Of a stretch of 64,000 bases of DNA, positions 1 through 18,862 are shown piece by piece (the stretch's first letter is position 1; every line of letters begins with the position of its first letter). The stretch is from Escherichia coli. Lineage in GTDB: Bacteria; Pseudomonadota; Gammaproteobacteria; Enterobacterales; Enterobacteriaceae. The translations under genes and the position numbers were made by a program. The stretch is from assembly GCF_016026235.1 (NCBI RefSeq), contig NZ_CP065613.1. The stretch is one strand, 5' to 3'. The notes beneath the pieces were generated by a model. It searched no databases, was not told where the DNA came from, and worked only from the letters and a program-made list of their open reading frames with translations.

Positions 1-386
1 ACGACCTGCAACCGGGTATGATCCTCGAAGGCGCTGTCACCAACGTCACCAACTTTGGCGCGTTTGTCGATATCGGCGTGCATCAGGACGGCCTGGTTCA
101 CATCTCTTCATTGTCGAACAAGTTTGTGGAAGATCCGCATACCGTGGTGAAAGCGGGCGACATTGTGAAGGTGAAAGTGCTGGAAGTGGATCTTCAGCGT
201 AAACGTATCGCCCTGACTATGCGTCTGGACGAGCAGCCTGGCGAAACCAACTCTCGTCGCGGCGGCGGTAACGATCGCCCGCAAAACAACCGCCCGGCAG
301 CCAAACCACGCGGTCGTGAAGCGCAGCCTGCCGGTAACAGCGCGATGATGGACGCGCTGGCGGCAGCAATGGGCAAAAAACGTTAA
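1..386 (+). CDS. tex: Tex/YhgF transcription accessory protein, C-terminal end (5' partial, runs off window start)
   Basis: ORF 18..386 reads an S1-type RNA-binding segment ([18 protein letters not shown]...[14 protein letters not shown]) and a basic tail; frame is open to the window edge; position upstream of feoABC matches K-12 synteny. Confidence 0.8.
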   Translation, partial: DLQPGMILEGAVTNVTNFGAFVDIGVHQDGLVHISSLSNKFVEDPHTVVKAGDIVKVKVLEVDLQRKRIALTMRLDEQPGETNSRRGGGNDRPQNNRPAAKPRGREAQPAGNSAMMDALAAAMGKKR

Positions 387-599
387 ACGCCCGGACTGGC
401 CCCTAAACCTGCGCGATAAGGCGTTCACGCCGCATCTGGCAACGAACGCCTTGCCTGACATAAAAGTGCCGGAGAATATCTCCGGCATATTTATTCCACA
501 GCCAAACTCACAATATATTTCGTTAATATTTATCACTTCATTAACAACTGAAACCTTAATTAAACATTAGCCAGTCTTGGTAATTCGCTATTCGAATTA

Positions 600-823
600 T
601 ATTTTCGCTGCGATATAACCTTGAGCCACATCAACATTGAGTCAGATTATTATTCAAACCAACATTCGCACACATTTTAAGTATTGCTGATAGAAACCAT
701 TCTCATTATCATTGTACTGTTGATTATTTAATCTCTCCTTCGTTGGCAAATCATCTGGTCTCATGTCGCTGTCAAACGCCCCATGAGGTAGTTATCCAGT
801 TAATGAGAAACAAGTAGGCACCT
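600..823 (+). promoter_or_regulatory. feoABC promoter region with FNR-like site (TTGAGccacATCAA, about 621..634) and Fur-box-like AT-rich repeat (about 690..716)
   Basis: Read directly: TTGAG-N4-ATCAA matches the FNR half-site consensus; GAAACCATTCTCATTATCATT resembles the Fur box; feo is known to be Fur/FNR regulated. Exact sites not validated. Confidence 0.45.
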
Positions 824-1051
824 ATGCAATACACTCCAGATACTGCGTGGAAAATCACTGGCTTTTCCCGTGAAATCAGCCCGGCATATCGCCAAAAACT
901 GCTTTCTCTTGGCATGTTACCTGGCTCCTCTTTTAATGTGGTGCGCGTCGCTCCACTCGGTGACCCCATTCATATCGAAACCCGTCGTGTGAGCCTGGTA
1001 TTACGCAAAAAAGATCTGGCCTTATTAGAAGTGGAAGCGGTTTCCTGTTAA
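824..1051 (+). CDS. feoA: Ferrous iron transport protein A
   Basis: 75-aa ORF, SH3-like FeoA sequence, immediately upstream of feoB. Confidence 0.95.
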   Translation: MQYTPDTAWKITGFSREISPAYRQKLLSLGMLPGSSFNVVRVAPLGDPIHIETRRVSLVLRKKDLALLEVEAVSC

Positions 1052-1067
1052 TACGGTGATAACAACA

Positions 1068-3389
1068 ATGAAAAAATTAACCATAGGCTTAATTGGTAAT
1101 CCAAATTCTGGCAAGACAACCTTATTTAACCAGCTCACTGGCGCACGTCAGCGTGTAGGTAACTGGGCTGGCGTTACCGTCGAACGTAAAGAAGGGCAAT
1201 TCTCCACCACCGATCATCAGGTCACGCTGGTGGACCTGCCCGGCACCTATTCTCTGACCACCATCTCATCGCAGACCTCGCTCGATGAGCAAATCGCCTG
1301 TCACTACATTTTGAGTGGCGACGCCGACCTGCTGATTAACGTGGTGGATGCGTCTAACCTTGAGCGTAACCTGTACCTGACGCTACAACTGCTGGAACTC
1401 GGCATTCCCTGCATCGTGGCACTGAACATGCTCGACATTGCCGAGAAGCAAAATATTCGTATTGAAATTGATGCTCTGTCGGCGCGTCTTGGCTGCCCGG
1501 TGATCCCGCTGGTTTCAACCCGTGGTCGCGGTATTGAAGCGCTCAAGCTGGCGATTGATCGCTATAAAGCTAACGAGAATGTGGAACTGGTGCATTACGC
1601 ACAGCCGCTGCTCAACGAAGCAGATTCACTGGCAAAAGTGATGCCTTCCGACATCCCGCTGAAACAACGTCGCTGGCTGGGCCTGCAAATGCTGGAAGGC
1701 GATATCTACAGCCGCGCCTACGCCGGTGAAGCGTCGCAGCATCTGGATGCCGCCCTCGCCCGTCTGCGTAATGAGATGGACGATCCGGCGCTGCACATTG
1801 CCGATGCGCGTTACCAGTGCATTGCTGCCATCTGTGATGTGGTAAGCAACACCCTGACGGCAGAACCCAGCCGTTTCACCACTGCGGTAGATAAAATCGT
1901 GCTCAACCGTTTCCTCGGTCTGCCGATTTTCCTCTTTGTGATGTACCTGATGTTCCTGCTGGCTATCAACATCGGCGGGGCGTTACAGCCGCTGTTTGAC
2001 GTCGGCTCCGTGGCGCTATTTGTGCATGGTATTCAATGGATTGGCTACACGCTCCACTTCCCGGACTGGCTGACTATCTTCCTCGCCCAGGGCCTGGGTG
2101 GCGGCATTAACACCGTGCTGCCACTGGTGCCGCAGATTGGCATGATGTACCTGTTCCTCTCCTTCCTTGAGGACTCCGGGTATATGGCGCGTGCGGCGTT
2201 TGTGATGGACCGTCTGATGCAGGCGCTGGGCTTGCCGGGGAAATCCTTTGTGCCGCTGATCGTCGGTTTCGGTTGTAACGTACCGTCGGTAATGGGTGCA
2301 CGTACGCTTGATGCACCGCGTGAACGTCTGATGACCATCATGATGGCACCGTTTATGTCCTGCGGCGCGCGTCTGGCTATCTTCGCAGTATTCGCGGCTG
2401 CCTTCTTCGGGCAGAACGGTGCGCTGGCGGTCTTCTCGCTGTATATGCTGGGTATTGTGATGGCGGTGCTGACTGGCCTGATGCTCAAGTACACCATCAT
2501 GCGCGGTGAAGCGACGCCGTTTGTCATGGAGTTGCCGGTCTATCATGTACCACACGTTAAAAGCCTGATTATCCAGACCTGGCAGCGTCTGAAAGGCTTC
2601 GTTCTGCGTGCTGGTAAAGTGATCATCATCGTCAGCATTTTCCTGAGCGCTTTCAACAGCTTCTCGCTGAGCGGGAAAATCGTCGATAACATCAACGACT
2701 CGGCGCTGGCGTCCGTCAGCCGGGTGATCACCCCGGTCTTCAAGCCAATTGGCGTGCATGAAGATAACTGGCAGGCAACGGTTGGCCTGTTTACAGGTGC
2801 CATGGCGAAAGAAGTGGTAGTGGGTACGCTCAACACCCTCTACACCGCAGAAAATATTCAGGACGAAGAGTTCAATCCGGCAGAGTTTAACCTCGGTGAA
2901 GAGCTGTTCAGTGCGATAGATGAAACCTGGCAGAGCCTGAAAGACACCTTCAGCCTTAGCGTACTGATGAACCCCATTGAAGCCAGCAAAGGCGACGGCG
3001 AAATGGGTACTGGGGCGATGGGCGTGATGGATCAGAAATTCGGTAGCGCAGCAGCAGCTTACAGCTACCTGATTTTCGTCCTGCTGTATGTACCATGTAT
3101 CTCGGTGATGGGAGCCATCGCCCGTGAATCAAGCCGTGGCTGGATGGGCTTCTCCATCCTGTGGGGGCTGAATATCGCTTACTCGCTGGCAACATTGTTC
3201 TATCAGGTCGCCAGCTACAGTCAGCACCCAACTTACAGCCTGGTGTGCATTCTGGCGGTTATCCTGTTTAACATCGTGGTTATCGGTCTGCTGCGCCGCG
3301 CGCGTAGCCGGGTGGATATCGAACTGCTGGCAACCCGCAAGTCGGTAAGCAGTTGCTGCGCAGCCAGCACCACCGGTGATTGCCATTAA
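1068..3389 (+). CDS. feoB: Ferrous iron transporter FeoB (N-terminal GTPase plus membrane permease)
   Basis: ORF 1056..3389; start placed at [18 protein letters not shown] (G1 motif) giving 773 aa; polytopic C-terminal domain. Confidence 0.95.
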   Translation: MKKLTIGLIGNPNSGKTTLFNQLTGARQRVGNWAGVTVERKEGQFSTTDHQVTLVDLPGTYSLTTISSQTSLDEQIACHYILSGDADLLINVVDASNLERNLYLTLQLLELGIPCIVALNMLDIAEKQNIRIEIDALSARLGCPVIPLVSTRGRGIEALKLAIDRYKANENVELVHYAQPLLNEADSLAKVMPSDIPLKQRRWLGLQMLEGDIYSRAYAGEASQHLDAALARLRNEMDDPALHIADARYQCIAAICDVVSNTLTAEPSRFTTAVDKIVLNRFLGLPIFLFVMYLMFLLAINIGGALQPLFDVGSVALFVHGIQWIGYTLHFPDWLTIFLAQGLGGGINTVLPLVPQIGMMYLFLSFLEDSGYMARAAFVMDRLMQALGLPGKSFVPLIVGFGCNVPSVMGARTLDAPRERLMTIMMAPFMSCGARLAIFAVFAAAFFGQNGALAVFSLYMLGIVMAVLTGLMLKYTIMRGEATPFVMELPVYHVPHVKSLIIQTWQRLKGFVLRAGKVIIIVSIFLSAFNSFSLSGKIVDNINDSALASVSRVITPVFKPIGVHEDNWQATVGLFTGAMAKEVVVGTLNTLYTAENIQDEEFNPAEFNLGEELFSAIDETWQSLKDTFSLSVLMNPIEASKGDGEMGTGAMGVMDQKFGSAAAAYSYLIFVLLYVPCISVMGAIARESSRGWMGFSILWGLNIAYSLATLFYQVASYSQHPTYSLVCILAVILFNIVVIGLLRRARSRVDIELLATRKSVSSCCAASTTGDCH

Positions 3390-3625
3390 TGGCTTCACTT
3401 ATTCAGGTGCGCGATTTGCTGGCGTTACGGGGCCGTATGGAAGCGGCCCAGATAAGCCAGACATTGAACACTCCACAGCCAATGATTAACGCCATGCTGC
3501 AACAACTGGAAAGTATGGGCAAAGCCGTGCGGATTCAGGAAGAACCTGACGGCTGCCTCTCTGGCAGTTGTAAAAGCTGCCCGGAAGGAAAAGCCTGTCT
3601 GCGCGAGTGGTGGGCGCTGCGTTAA
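3389..3625 (+). CDS. feoC: FeoC transcriptional regulator-like protein (winged helix, Cys cluster)
   Basis: 78 aa from [11 protein letters not shown]...; [15 protein letters not shown] cluster; ATG overlaps the feoB stop (TAATG). Confidence 0.9.
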   Translation: MASLIQVRDLLALRGRMEAAQISQTLNTPQPMINAMLQQLESMGKAVRIQEEPDGCLSGSCKSCPEGKACLREWWALR

Positions 3626-3642
3626 CCTTACTCCATCGCCTG

Positions 3643-3676
3643 TTTTGGAAAGCCCGGTATGCGTCTGCATCCGGGC
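3643..3676 (+). terminator. Rho-independent terminator of feoABC
   Basis: GC stem AAAGCCCGG...CCGGGCTTT followed by TTTTTT directly after the feoC stop. Confidence 0.7.
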
Positions 3677-3827
3677 TTTTTTGCGTGCGGCTTTCCATAA
3701 AAATGCAACTCTTGCAGCACGGCGTAAGTTCCTTTGAAAGCATCTCGCAGGGATGAAAACTCGCTAATACACAGGTGTGAAGTGGCGCGTAGAGTCGCGG
3801 CATTCAAACAACAGGTGAAGGAACGCC

Positions 3828-4706
3828 ATGAGCAAAAAGCAGAGTTCCACCCCACACGATGCGCTGTTCAAACTCTTTTTACGCCAACCGGACACGGCTC
3901 GTGATTTTCTTGCGTTTCATTTACCGGCACCCATTCACGCGCTTTGTGATATGAAAACCCTCAAGCTGGAGTCGAGCAGCTTTATTGATGACGATCTGCG
4001 TGAAAGCTATTCCGATGTGCTGTGGTCGGTGAAAACGGAACAAGGACCAGGATACATCTATTGTCTGATTGAACATCAAAGCACCTCAAACAAACTGATC
4101 GCATTTCGCATGATGCGTTACGCTATTGCCGCAATGCAAAATCACCTTGATGCTGGATACAAAACGTTGCCGATGGTGGTGCCATTGTTGTTTTACCACG
4201 GTATTGAAAGCCCCTATCCCTATTCGCTGTGTTGGCTGGATTGTTTCGCCGATCCCAAACTGGCAAGGCAGCTTTATGCCTCCGCATTTCCGCTGATTGA
4301 TGTCACCGTCATGCCTGATGATGAAATCATGCAGCACCGACGTATGGCGCTGCTGGAGTTAATTCAAAAACATATTCGTCAACGCGATCTGATGGGGCTG
4401 GTAGAGCAAATGGCCTGCTTATTAAGTAGTGGATACGCTAATGACAGACAAATCAAAGGGCTGTTTAATTACATACTGCAAACCGGCGACGCGGTACGTT
4501 TTAACGATTTTATCGACGGCGTTGCCGAACGTTCACCGAAACACAAGGAGAGTTTAATGACAATTGCGGAAAGATTGCGGCAGGAGGGGGAACAATCCAA
4601 AGCCCTGCATATAGCCAAAATAATGCTTGAATCCGGAGTCCCTCTTACAGACATCATGCGCTTTACCGGGGTGTCAGAAGAAGAGTTGGCTGCGGCGAGC
4701 CAGTAA
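3828..4706 (+). CDS. rpnA: Recombination-promoting nuclease RpnA (YhgA, transposase_31 / PD-(D/E)xK family)
   Basis: 292-aa ORF with the Rpn/YhgA-family N-terminus ([18 protein letters not shown]...); K-12 synteny. Confidence 0.85.
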   Translation: MSKKQSSTPHDALFKLFLRQPDTARDFLAFHLPAPIHALCDMKTLKLESSSFIDDDLRESYSDVLWSVKTEQGPGYIYCLIEHQSTSNKLIAFRMMRYAIAAMQNHLDAGYKTLPMVVPLLFYHGIESPYPYSLCWLDCFADPKLARQLYASAFPLIDVTVMPDDEIMQHRRMALLELIQKHIRQRDLMGLVEQMACLLSSGYANDRQIKGLFNYILQTGDAVRFNDFIDGVAERSPKHKESLMTIAERLRQEGEQSKALHIAKIMLESGVPLTDIMRFTGVSEEELAAASQ

Positions 4707-4734
4707 ATTTCTGTCTCGCCATTTCAAAAGTTGC

Positions 4735-5568
<834 letters not shown>

Positions 5569-5569
5569 A

Positions 5570-6226
<657 letters not shown>

Positions 6227-6284
6227 AGCCTCGATGATGGGCGTATTATAACCAACTAAAATAGTCAACTATTAGGCCATTACT

Positions 6285-6860
6285 ATGATCCGTATTTCCG
6301 ATGCTGCACAAGCGCACTTTGCCAAACTGCTGGCAAACCAGGAAGAAGGGACACAAATCCGCGTATTTGTGATTAACCCTGGCACGCCTAACGCTGAATG
6401 TGGTGTTTCTTATTGTCCGCCGGATGCCGTGGAAGCCACCGACACTGCCCTGAAATTTGACCTGCTGACCGCGTATGTTGATGAGTTAAGCGCTCCTTAC
6501 CTGGAAGATGCAGAGATCGATTTTGTTACCGACCAGTTGGGTTCTCAGCTAACACTGAAAGCGCCTAACGCCAAAATGCGTAAAGTGGCAGACGATGCAC
6601 CACTGATGGAGCGCGTGGAGTATATGCTGCAGTCGCAGATCAACCCACAGCTTGCTGGTCACGGTGGCCGCGTTTCACTGATGGAAATCACCGAAGACGG
6701 TTACGCCATTCTGCAATTTGGCGGCGGCTGTAACGGTTGTTCCATGGTCGATGTGACGCTGAAAGAAGGGATCGAGAAGCAGCTGCTAAACGAATTCCCG
6801 GAGCTGAAAGGTGTGCGCGATCTCACCGAACACCAGCGCGGCGAACACTCCTACTACTAA
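6285..6860 (+). CDS. nfuA: Fe-S cluster carrier protein NfuA
   Basis: 191 aa; A-type N-domain plus Nfu C-domain with CNGC...C motif (GGGCNGCSM). Confidence 0.95.
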
Positions 6861-6918
<58 letters not shown>

Positions 6919-7220
6919 GTTGAACATGTGCCAGACGTTGGCGCAGCATTGCTTTGGCAAATCCCTCCCTTCGTTTCTCCGCGATAATATGACCAACCTC
7001 TCATAATTTAAATTTACCCCGCTCTGGTGATTCTCAAACGCCAGATGTTACCCGTATCATTCACATGGGTACCAAACATACTCCTGACATCTGACTACAA
7101 TAATTAGTTTTAGTGGGTATCAGTCGTGGTGCCGCAATATCTCTGTTCCCGATTGGGATAATTAGAGTTTGTCGTCAGAAAATTGACGTTACCCATAACA
7201 AATGAAAGGCCAGGTAAATC

Positions 7221-8537
7221 ATGCCATTAGTCATTGTTGCTATCGGTGTAATCTTGTTGTTGCTCCTGATGATCCGTTTCAAAATGAACGGCTTCATCGC
7301 TCTCGTCCTCGTGGCGCTTGCTGTTGGATTAATGCAAGGGATGCCGCTGGATAAAGTTATTGGCTCCATCAAAGCCGGTGTCGGCGGGACGCTCGGTAGC
7401 CTTGCCCTGATCATGGGTTTTGGCGCGATGCTGGGCAAAATGCTGGCAGACTGCGGTGGCGCACAACGTATCGCCACCACCCTGATTGCCAAATTTGGTA
7501 AAAAACACATCCAGTGGGCGGTGGTACTGACCGGTTTTACCGTTGGTTTTGCCCTGTTCTATGAAGTGGGCTTTGTGCTGATGCTGCCGCTGGTGTTTAC
7601 CATCGCGGCTTCTGCGAATATTCCACTGCTGTATGTTGGTGTACCAATGGCAGCTGCACTGTCTGTGACCCACGGCTTCCTGCCACCGCATCCGGGTCCG
7701 ACTGCGATTGCCACCATTTTCAATGCCGATATGGGTAAAACCTTGCTGTACGGTACTATTCTGGCAATCCCGACCGTGATTCTCGCCGGTCCGGTTTACG
7801 CTCGCGTGTTGAAAGGTATCGATAAGCCAATCCCGGAAGGTCTCTACAGCGCGAAAACCTTCAGCGAAGAAGAGATGCCGAGCTTTGGCGTCAGCGTCTG
7901 GACCTCTCTGGTGCCGGTAGTACTGATGGCGATGCGTGCGATTGCCGAAATGATCCTGCCGAAAGGTCACGCTTTCCTGCCGGTAGCGGAGTTCCTCGGT
8001 GACCCAGTAATGGCTACGCTGATTGCCGTGCTGATTGCCATGTTCACCTTTGGTCTGAACCGTGGTCGTTCAATGGATCAGATTAACGACACGCTGGTTT
8101 CTTCCATCAAAATCATTGCGATGATGCTGTTGATCATCGGTGGTGGCGGTGCGTTCAAGCAGGTGCTGGTAGACAGCGGCGTGGACAAATACATTGCTTC
8201 CATGATGCACGAAACCAACATTTCTCCGCTGCTGATGGCCTGGTCGATTGCTGCCGTACTGCGTATCGCGCTGGGTTCCGCAACCGTTGCGGCAATCACT
8301 GCGGGTGGTATCGCGGCACCGCTGATTGCAACGACGGGTGTTAGCCCGGAGCTGATGGTTATTGCGGTGGGTTCCGGTAGTGTGATTTTCTCTCATGTGA
8401 ACGATCCGGGCTTCTGGCTGTTCAAAGAGTACTTTAACCTGACTATCGGCGAGACCATCAAATCCTGGTCGATGCTGGAAACCATTATCTCGGTGTGCGG
8501 TCTGGTAGGCTGTCTGCTGCTGAATATGGTGATTTGA
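7221..8537 (+). CDS. gntT: High-affinity gluconate:H+ symporter GntT
   Basis: 438-aa polytopic GntP-family permease; close paralog of the gntU product in this window. Confidence 0.95.
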   Translation: MPLVIVAIGVILLLLLMIRFKMNGFIALVLVALAVGLMQGMPLDKVIGSIKAGVGGTLGSLALIMGFGAMLGKMLADCGGAQRIATTLIAKFGKKHIQWAVVLTGFTVGFALFYEVGFVLMLPLVFTIAASANIPLLYVGVPMAAALSVTHGFLPPHPGPTAIATIFNADMGKTLLYGTILAIPTVILAGPVYARVLKGIDKPIPEGLYSAKTFSEEEMPSFGVSVWTSLVPVVLMAMRAIAEMILPKGHAFLPVAEFLGDPVMATLIAVLIAMFTFGLNRGRSMDQINDTLVSSIKIIAMMLLIIGGGGAFKQVLVDSGVDKYIASMMHETNISPLLMAWSIAAVLRIALGSATVAAITAGGIAAPLIATTGVSPELMVIAVGSGSVIFSHVNDPGFWLFKEYFNLTIGETIKSWSMLETIISVCGLVGCLLLNMVI

Positions 8538-8550
8538 TAACACTGACTGC

Positions 8551-8571
8551 CGGATGCATCGCATCCGGCAT
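8551..8571. terminator. Perfect palindrome GCCGGATGCATCGCATCCGGC between convergent gntT and malQ (REP-like bidirectional terminator)
   Basis: Read directly from sequence; lies between the two convergent stop codons. Confidence 0.55.
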
Positions 8572-8581
8572 CAACCGCACT

Positions 8582-10666
8582 CTACTTCTTCTTCGCTGCA
8601 GCTCTGCGCCGTCTGTCCAAATCCTTCAGCAACTTGTTCACGCCATCATCGGCAAACATCGACTCAAGCGTTGCGGAAAGCTTGCGTCGCCAGTTTTTAT
8701 ACTGGTAACTGGTGCCAGGAATATTCACCGGTTCGGCCATATCCAGCCAGTCTTCCGGCTGTAGTCCTAACAGAGCACTGTTACTGTCGGCAATGTAGCG
8801 CTGCAAACCACGGTTCAGCGTCGGCGTCATCGACATCAACGATGCCTTATGCCCGGCACGTTTTGGCAGACAACCATATTTATGCAGTGCATCCAGCAGC
8901 CCTTGCTTCGCCAGTTCGCGATCCTGATACAGACCGCGCAGTACCACTTCATCCGGATACAGCCCCAGGGTTTTGCCCAGCGTTAGATCCCCGCTCTCCC
9001 AGTAACCGCGTAGCGTAGGCAGGTCATGTGTCGCCGCAACCGCCATCGACTGCTCCGGATACGCTTTCGGTGCACGGAACGTCTTCTCGTGGTCGTTTTC
9101 GAAATAGAGCACTTTGTAGGAGTACACACCGCTGCTGCGCAGCTTACCGACAATCTCTACCGGTACGGTACCGAGATCTTCACCAATCACCATACAGCGA
9201 TGACGTTTACTTTCGAGTGCCAGAATCGAGAGCAGATCATCCACCGGATAGTGAACATACGCGCCCTGATCTGCCGTCTCGCCATACGGTATCCACCACA
9301 AACGCAGCATCGACATCACATGGTCAATTCGTAATGCGCCGCAGTTTTGCATATTGGCACGCAACAGCTCGATAAACGGTTCATAGGCACGCGCGGTGAT
9401 GATATGCGGGTCCATTGGCGGTAATCCCCAGTTCTGCCCCAACGGGCCGAGGATATCCGGCGGCGCGCCAACCGACGCTTTCAGGCAATATAGTTCACGG
9501 TCACACCAGGTTTCCGCCCCACCTTCCGCTACGCCAACCGCCAGATCACGATACAAGCCAATCGGCATTTCATAGCCCTGGCTTATCTCCCAGCAGGCGG
9601 CAAACTGGCTGTAAGCCAGCCACTGCAACCAGAGATAAAAATCGACGTCATTACGATGTTCTTCGCAGAACTGACGCACTTCTGGTGAATCCACGTTCTG
9701 ATACATCTCTGGCCATGCAGGCCAGCCCCAGCGCATTTCGTCCTCTTTCACTTGCTGGGCATGTAGCGCATCAAAGGCTGCCTGCCAGAACAGGCTGTCG
9801 CCCTGCTCTGCAACAAACTGGCGAAACGCGGCCATCTGCTCATCATCACGTTGCGCGAAACCTTTCCACGCCATTCGTAATGCTGTCATTTTTAGGGCGG
9901 TAACCGTGGAGTAATCGACCCAGTCGGCATCGCGCGCCTGTTGCAGCGTCTGTTGCGTGGTCGGCAACTGCCACCAGGCCTGAGCCTCTTCGCTAAGATG
10001 GAAATCTTCGACGGCGTTAACGTCGATATAAATCACATTCAGCCAACGGCGAGAAGACGGGCTGTATGGGCTGGCACTCTCCGGATTTGCCGGATAGAGC
10101 GCATGAATCGGGTTCAGGCCGATGAACGCCCCGCCACGTTTTGCCACATCCACCAGCATCGCTTTGAGATCGCCAAAATCCCCAATACCCCAGTTTTTTT
10201 CCGATCGCAGCGTATAAAGCTGAACGCAGGCACCCCACAGCTTTTGTTTATTCAGCAACGCCTGCGGTTCGTAACAGCGTTTCGGGGCGACAATCACCCG
10301 GCAATGCGCGCGCTGGTCGTCCTGGGTGAGTGTCAGCGTGTGATAACCTTCCGGCAGCTTCGTCGGTAGATTGAACGCTTTGCCCCCCGTTACATGGCCT
10401 TTGTACTGTGTTCCTTCTTCGGTGGTCAGCAGCCAGCTATATTCGCCGCTGCCCTCCACCACCATCGGCATTTTTTTGCCGCTGGTATAAACCATGACAT
10501 TCGGGACTGGCGTTACCGCCACTTTCGTGGCGGTACTTTGATGCATCGCGTCAAGCAAACGCCGTTTGGTTTCGGCGCCAATCGACTGCGGTTTTCCGTG
10601 GGCATTAATGTAATTGGGGCTGATCCCCGCCGCCAGTGCGGCTTTGTCCAGACGTTTGCTTTCCAT
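8582..10666 (-). CDS. malQ: 4-alpha-glucanotransferase (amylomaltase)
   Basis: 694 aa, GH77 family; downstream of malP in the malPQ operon. Confidence 0.95.
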   Translation of the reverse strand: MESKRLDKAALAAGISPNYINAHGKPQSIGAETKRRLLDAMHQSTATKVAVTPVPNVMVYTSGKKMPMVVEGSGEYSWLLTTEEGTQYKGHVTGGKAFNLPTKLPEGYHTLTLTQDDQRAHCRVIVAPKRCYEPQALLNKQKLWGACVQLYTLRSEKNWGIGDFGDLKAMLVDVAKRGGAFIGLNPIHALYPANPESASPYSPSSRRWLNVIYIDVNAVEDFHLSEEAQAWWQLPTTQQTLQQARDADWVDYSTVTALKMTALRMAWKGFAQRDDEQMAAFRQFVAEQGDSLFWQAAFDALHAQQVKEDEMRWGWPAWPEMYQNVDSPEVRQFCEEHRNDVDFYLWLQWLAYSQFAACWEISQGYEMPIGLYRDLAVGVAEGGAETWCDRELYCLKASVGAPPDILGPLGQNWGLPPMDPHIITARAYEPFIELLRANMQNCGALRIDHVMSMLRLWWIPYGETADQGAYVHYPVDDLLSILALESKRHRCMVIGEDLGTVPVEIVGKLRSSGVYSYKVLYFENDHEKTFRAPKAYPEQSMAVAATHDLPTLRGYWESGDLTLGKTLGLYPDEVVLRGLYQDRELAKQGLLDALHKYGCLPKRAGHKASLMSMTPTLNRGLQRYIADSNSALLGLQPEDWLDMAEPVNIPGTSYQYKNWRRKLSATLESMFADDGVNKLLKDLDRRRRAAAKKK

Positions 10667-10675
10667 CGCGCTTCC

Positions 10676-16386
<5,711 letters not shown>

Positions 16387-16392
16387 GTTTAG

Positions 16393-16417
16393 CCGGATAA
16401 TGCATTGGATCCGGTTT
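16393..16417 (+). terminator. Hairpin CCGGAT...ATCCGG followed by TTT after malT
   Basis: Short inverted repeat read in the 42-nt gap between convergent malT and rtcA; weak stem. Confidence 0.35.
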
Positions 16418-16428
16418 ACATCTTTACA

Positions 16429-17448
<1,020 letters not shown>

Positions 17449-18675
17449 TTATCCTTTTACGCACACCACCTGACGCAGGGTGTAGATAACTTCCACCAGA
17501 TCGCTTTGTGCCGCCATCACCGCATCAATATCTTTATACGCCATCGGGATTTCGTCGATCACTTCGGCATCTTTACGGCATTCCACATGCGCGGTAGCAC
17601 GAATTTGATCTTCCACGCTGAACAGTTTTTTCGCTTTAGTACGGCTCATTACCCGCCCGGCACCGTGGCTGCACGAACAGAACGACTCTTCATTTCCCAG
17701 CCCACGGACGATAAAGCTTTTTGCTCCCATCGAACCGGGAATAATTCCATATTGACCAGCACGCGCAGACACCGCGCCTTTACGCGTCACGTAGATCTCT
17801 TCACCAAAGTGCTGTTCTTTTTGCACATAGTTGTGGTGACAGTTGATCTCTTCCATCGCCAGCGTTTGTGGCTGTCTGACCGTTTTCTGCGTAATGCTCT
17901 GCAACGCCGTTACCACGTTTTCCATCATCGCATCGCGGTTAAGGCTGGCGAAAAGCTGCGCCCAGGCCACGGCTCTTAGGTAATCATCAAAGTATTCCGT
18001 ACCTTCCATAAAGTACGCCAGGTCGCGCGATGGCAACGTTTCAAGCTGGTCCTGCATCTCTTTTTGTGCCAAATCGATAAAGTAAGTCCCGATGGCGTTA
18101 CCAATTCCGCGTGAACCGGAGTGCAGCATAATCCACACCTGGTCCGACTCATCAAGGCAGATTTCAATAAAGTGGTTACCCGTTCCCAGCGTTCCCAGGT
18201 GTTTATAGTTGTTAGTGTTAAGGAAACGCGGATATTTTTGCGTTAACCACTGATAACCGGCTTCAAGCTCAGCCCATTTCGCATCGACGTTAACAGGCGG
18301 GTTTTCCCATGCGCCTTTATCACGTTTACAACGGCCAGTGGTACGTCCGTGCGGCACCGCAGTTTCAATCGCCTGACGCAGCTCTGCCAGGTTTTCAGGC
18401 AGGTCTGCCGCCGTTAACGCGGTACGCAGCGCGTTCATTCCACAGCCAATATCCACGCCCACCGCCGCCGGAATAATCGCCCCTTTGGTCGGGATCACGC
18501 TACCAATGGTGGAACCTTTACCCAGGTGTACATCAGGCATTACCGCAATATGTTTGAAAATAAACGGCATCTTCGCCGTATTAATAAGTTGCTGACGCGC
18601 ATCGGCTTCTACCGGCACGCCTTTGGTCCACATTTTTACCGGGGCATTTTCAATGGTCAGTAATTCGTAATTCAT
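17449..18675 (-). CDS. rtcB: RNA-splicing ligase RtcB
   Basis: ORF 17449..18717; start placed at MNYELLTIENAPVKMW giving 408 aa; RtcB family. Confidence 0.9.
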   Translation of the reverse strand: MNYELLTIENAPVKMWTKGVPVEADARQQLINTAKMPFIFKHIAVMPDVHLGKGSTIGSVIPTKGAIIPAAVGVDIGCGMNALRTALTAADLPENLAELRQAIETAVPHGRTTGRCKRDKGAWENPPVNVDAKWAELEAGYQWLTQKYPRFLNTNNYKHLGTLGTGNHFIEICLDESDQVWIMLHSGSRGIGNAIGTYFIDLAQKEMQDQLETLPSRDLAYFMEGTEYFDDYLRAVAWAQLFASLNRDAMMENVVTALQSITQKTVRQPQTLAMEEINCHHNYVQKEQHFGEEIYVTRKGAVSARAGQYGIIPGSMGAKSFIVRGLGNEESFCSCSHGAGRVMSRTKAKKLFSVEDQIRATAHVECRKDAEVIDEIPMAYKDIDAVMAAQSDLVEVIYTLRQVVCVKG

Positions 18676-18711
18676 TTTGTTTTTCTCTTTCGTTGTTTGC
18701 TGTCGTGATAA

Positions 18712-18729
18712 TTGCAACCGTCGTGCCAG
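18712..18729 (-). promoter_or_regulatory. Sigma-54 (-24/-12) promoter of rtcBA
   Basis: Minus strand reads CTGGCACGACGGTTGCAA, a near-perfect TGGCAC-N5-TTGCA element about 37 nt upstream of the rtcB start; divergent rtcR encodes the sigma-54 activator. Confidence 0.8.
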
Positions 18730-18862
18730 AAAATTAAATAAGCAGATTAATTTTTTAATTCATTGTTTTTAAATAGGTTAAATCTTTACGTCCGTAAACG
18801 GAGATTTTCCACAAAACCAATTCACCGATAATGAAATATCGTCTTTTATAAGGATATCTAAG

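Noticed and set aside
7329-7970. 213-aa minus-strand ORF
   Set aside because: Antisense within gntT.
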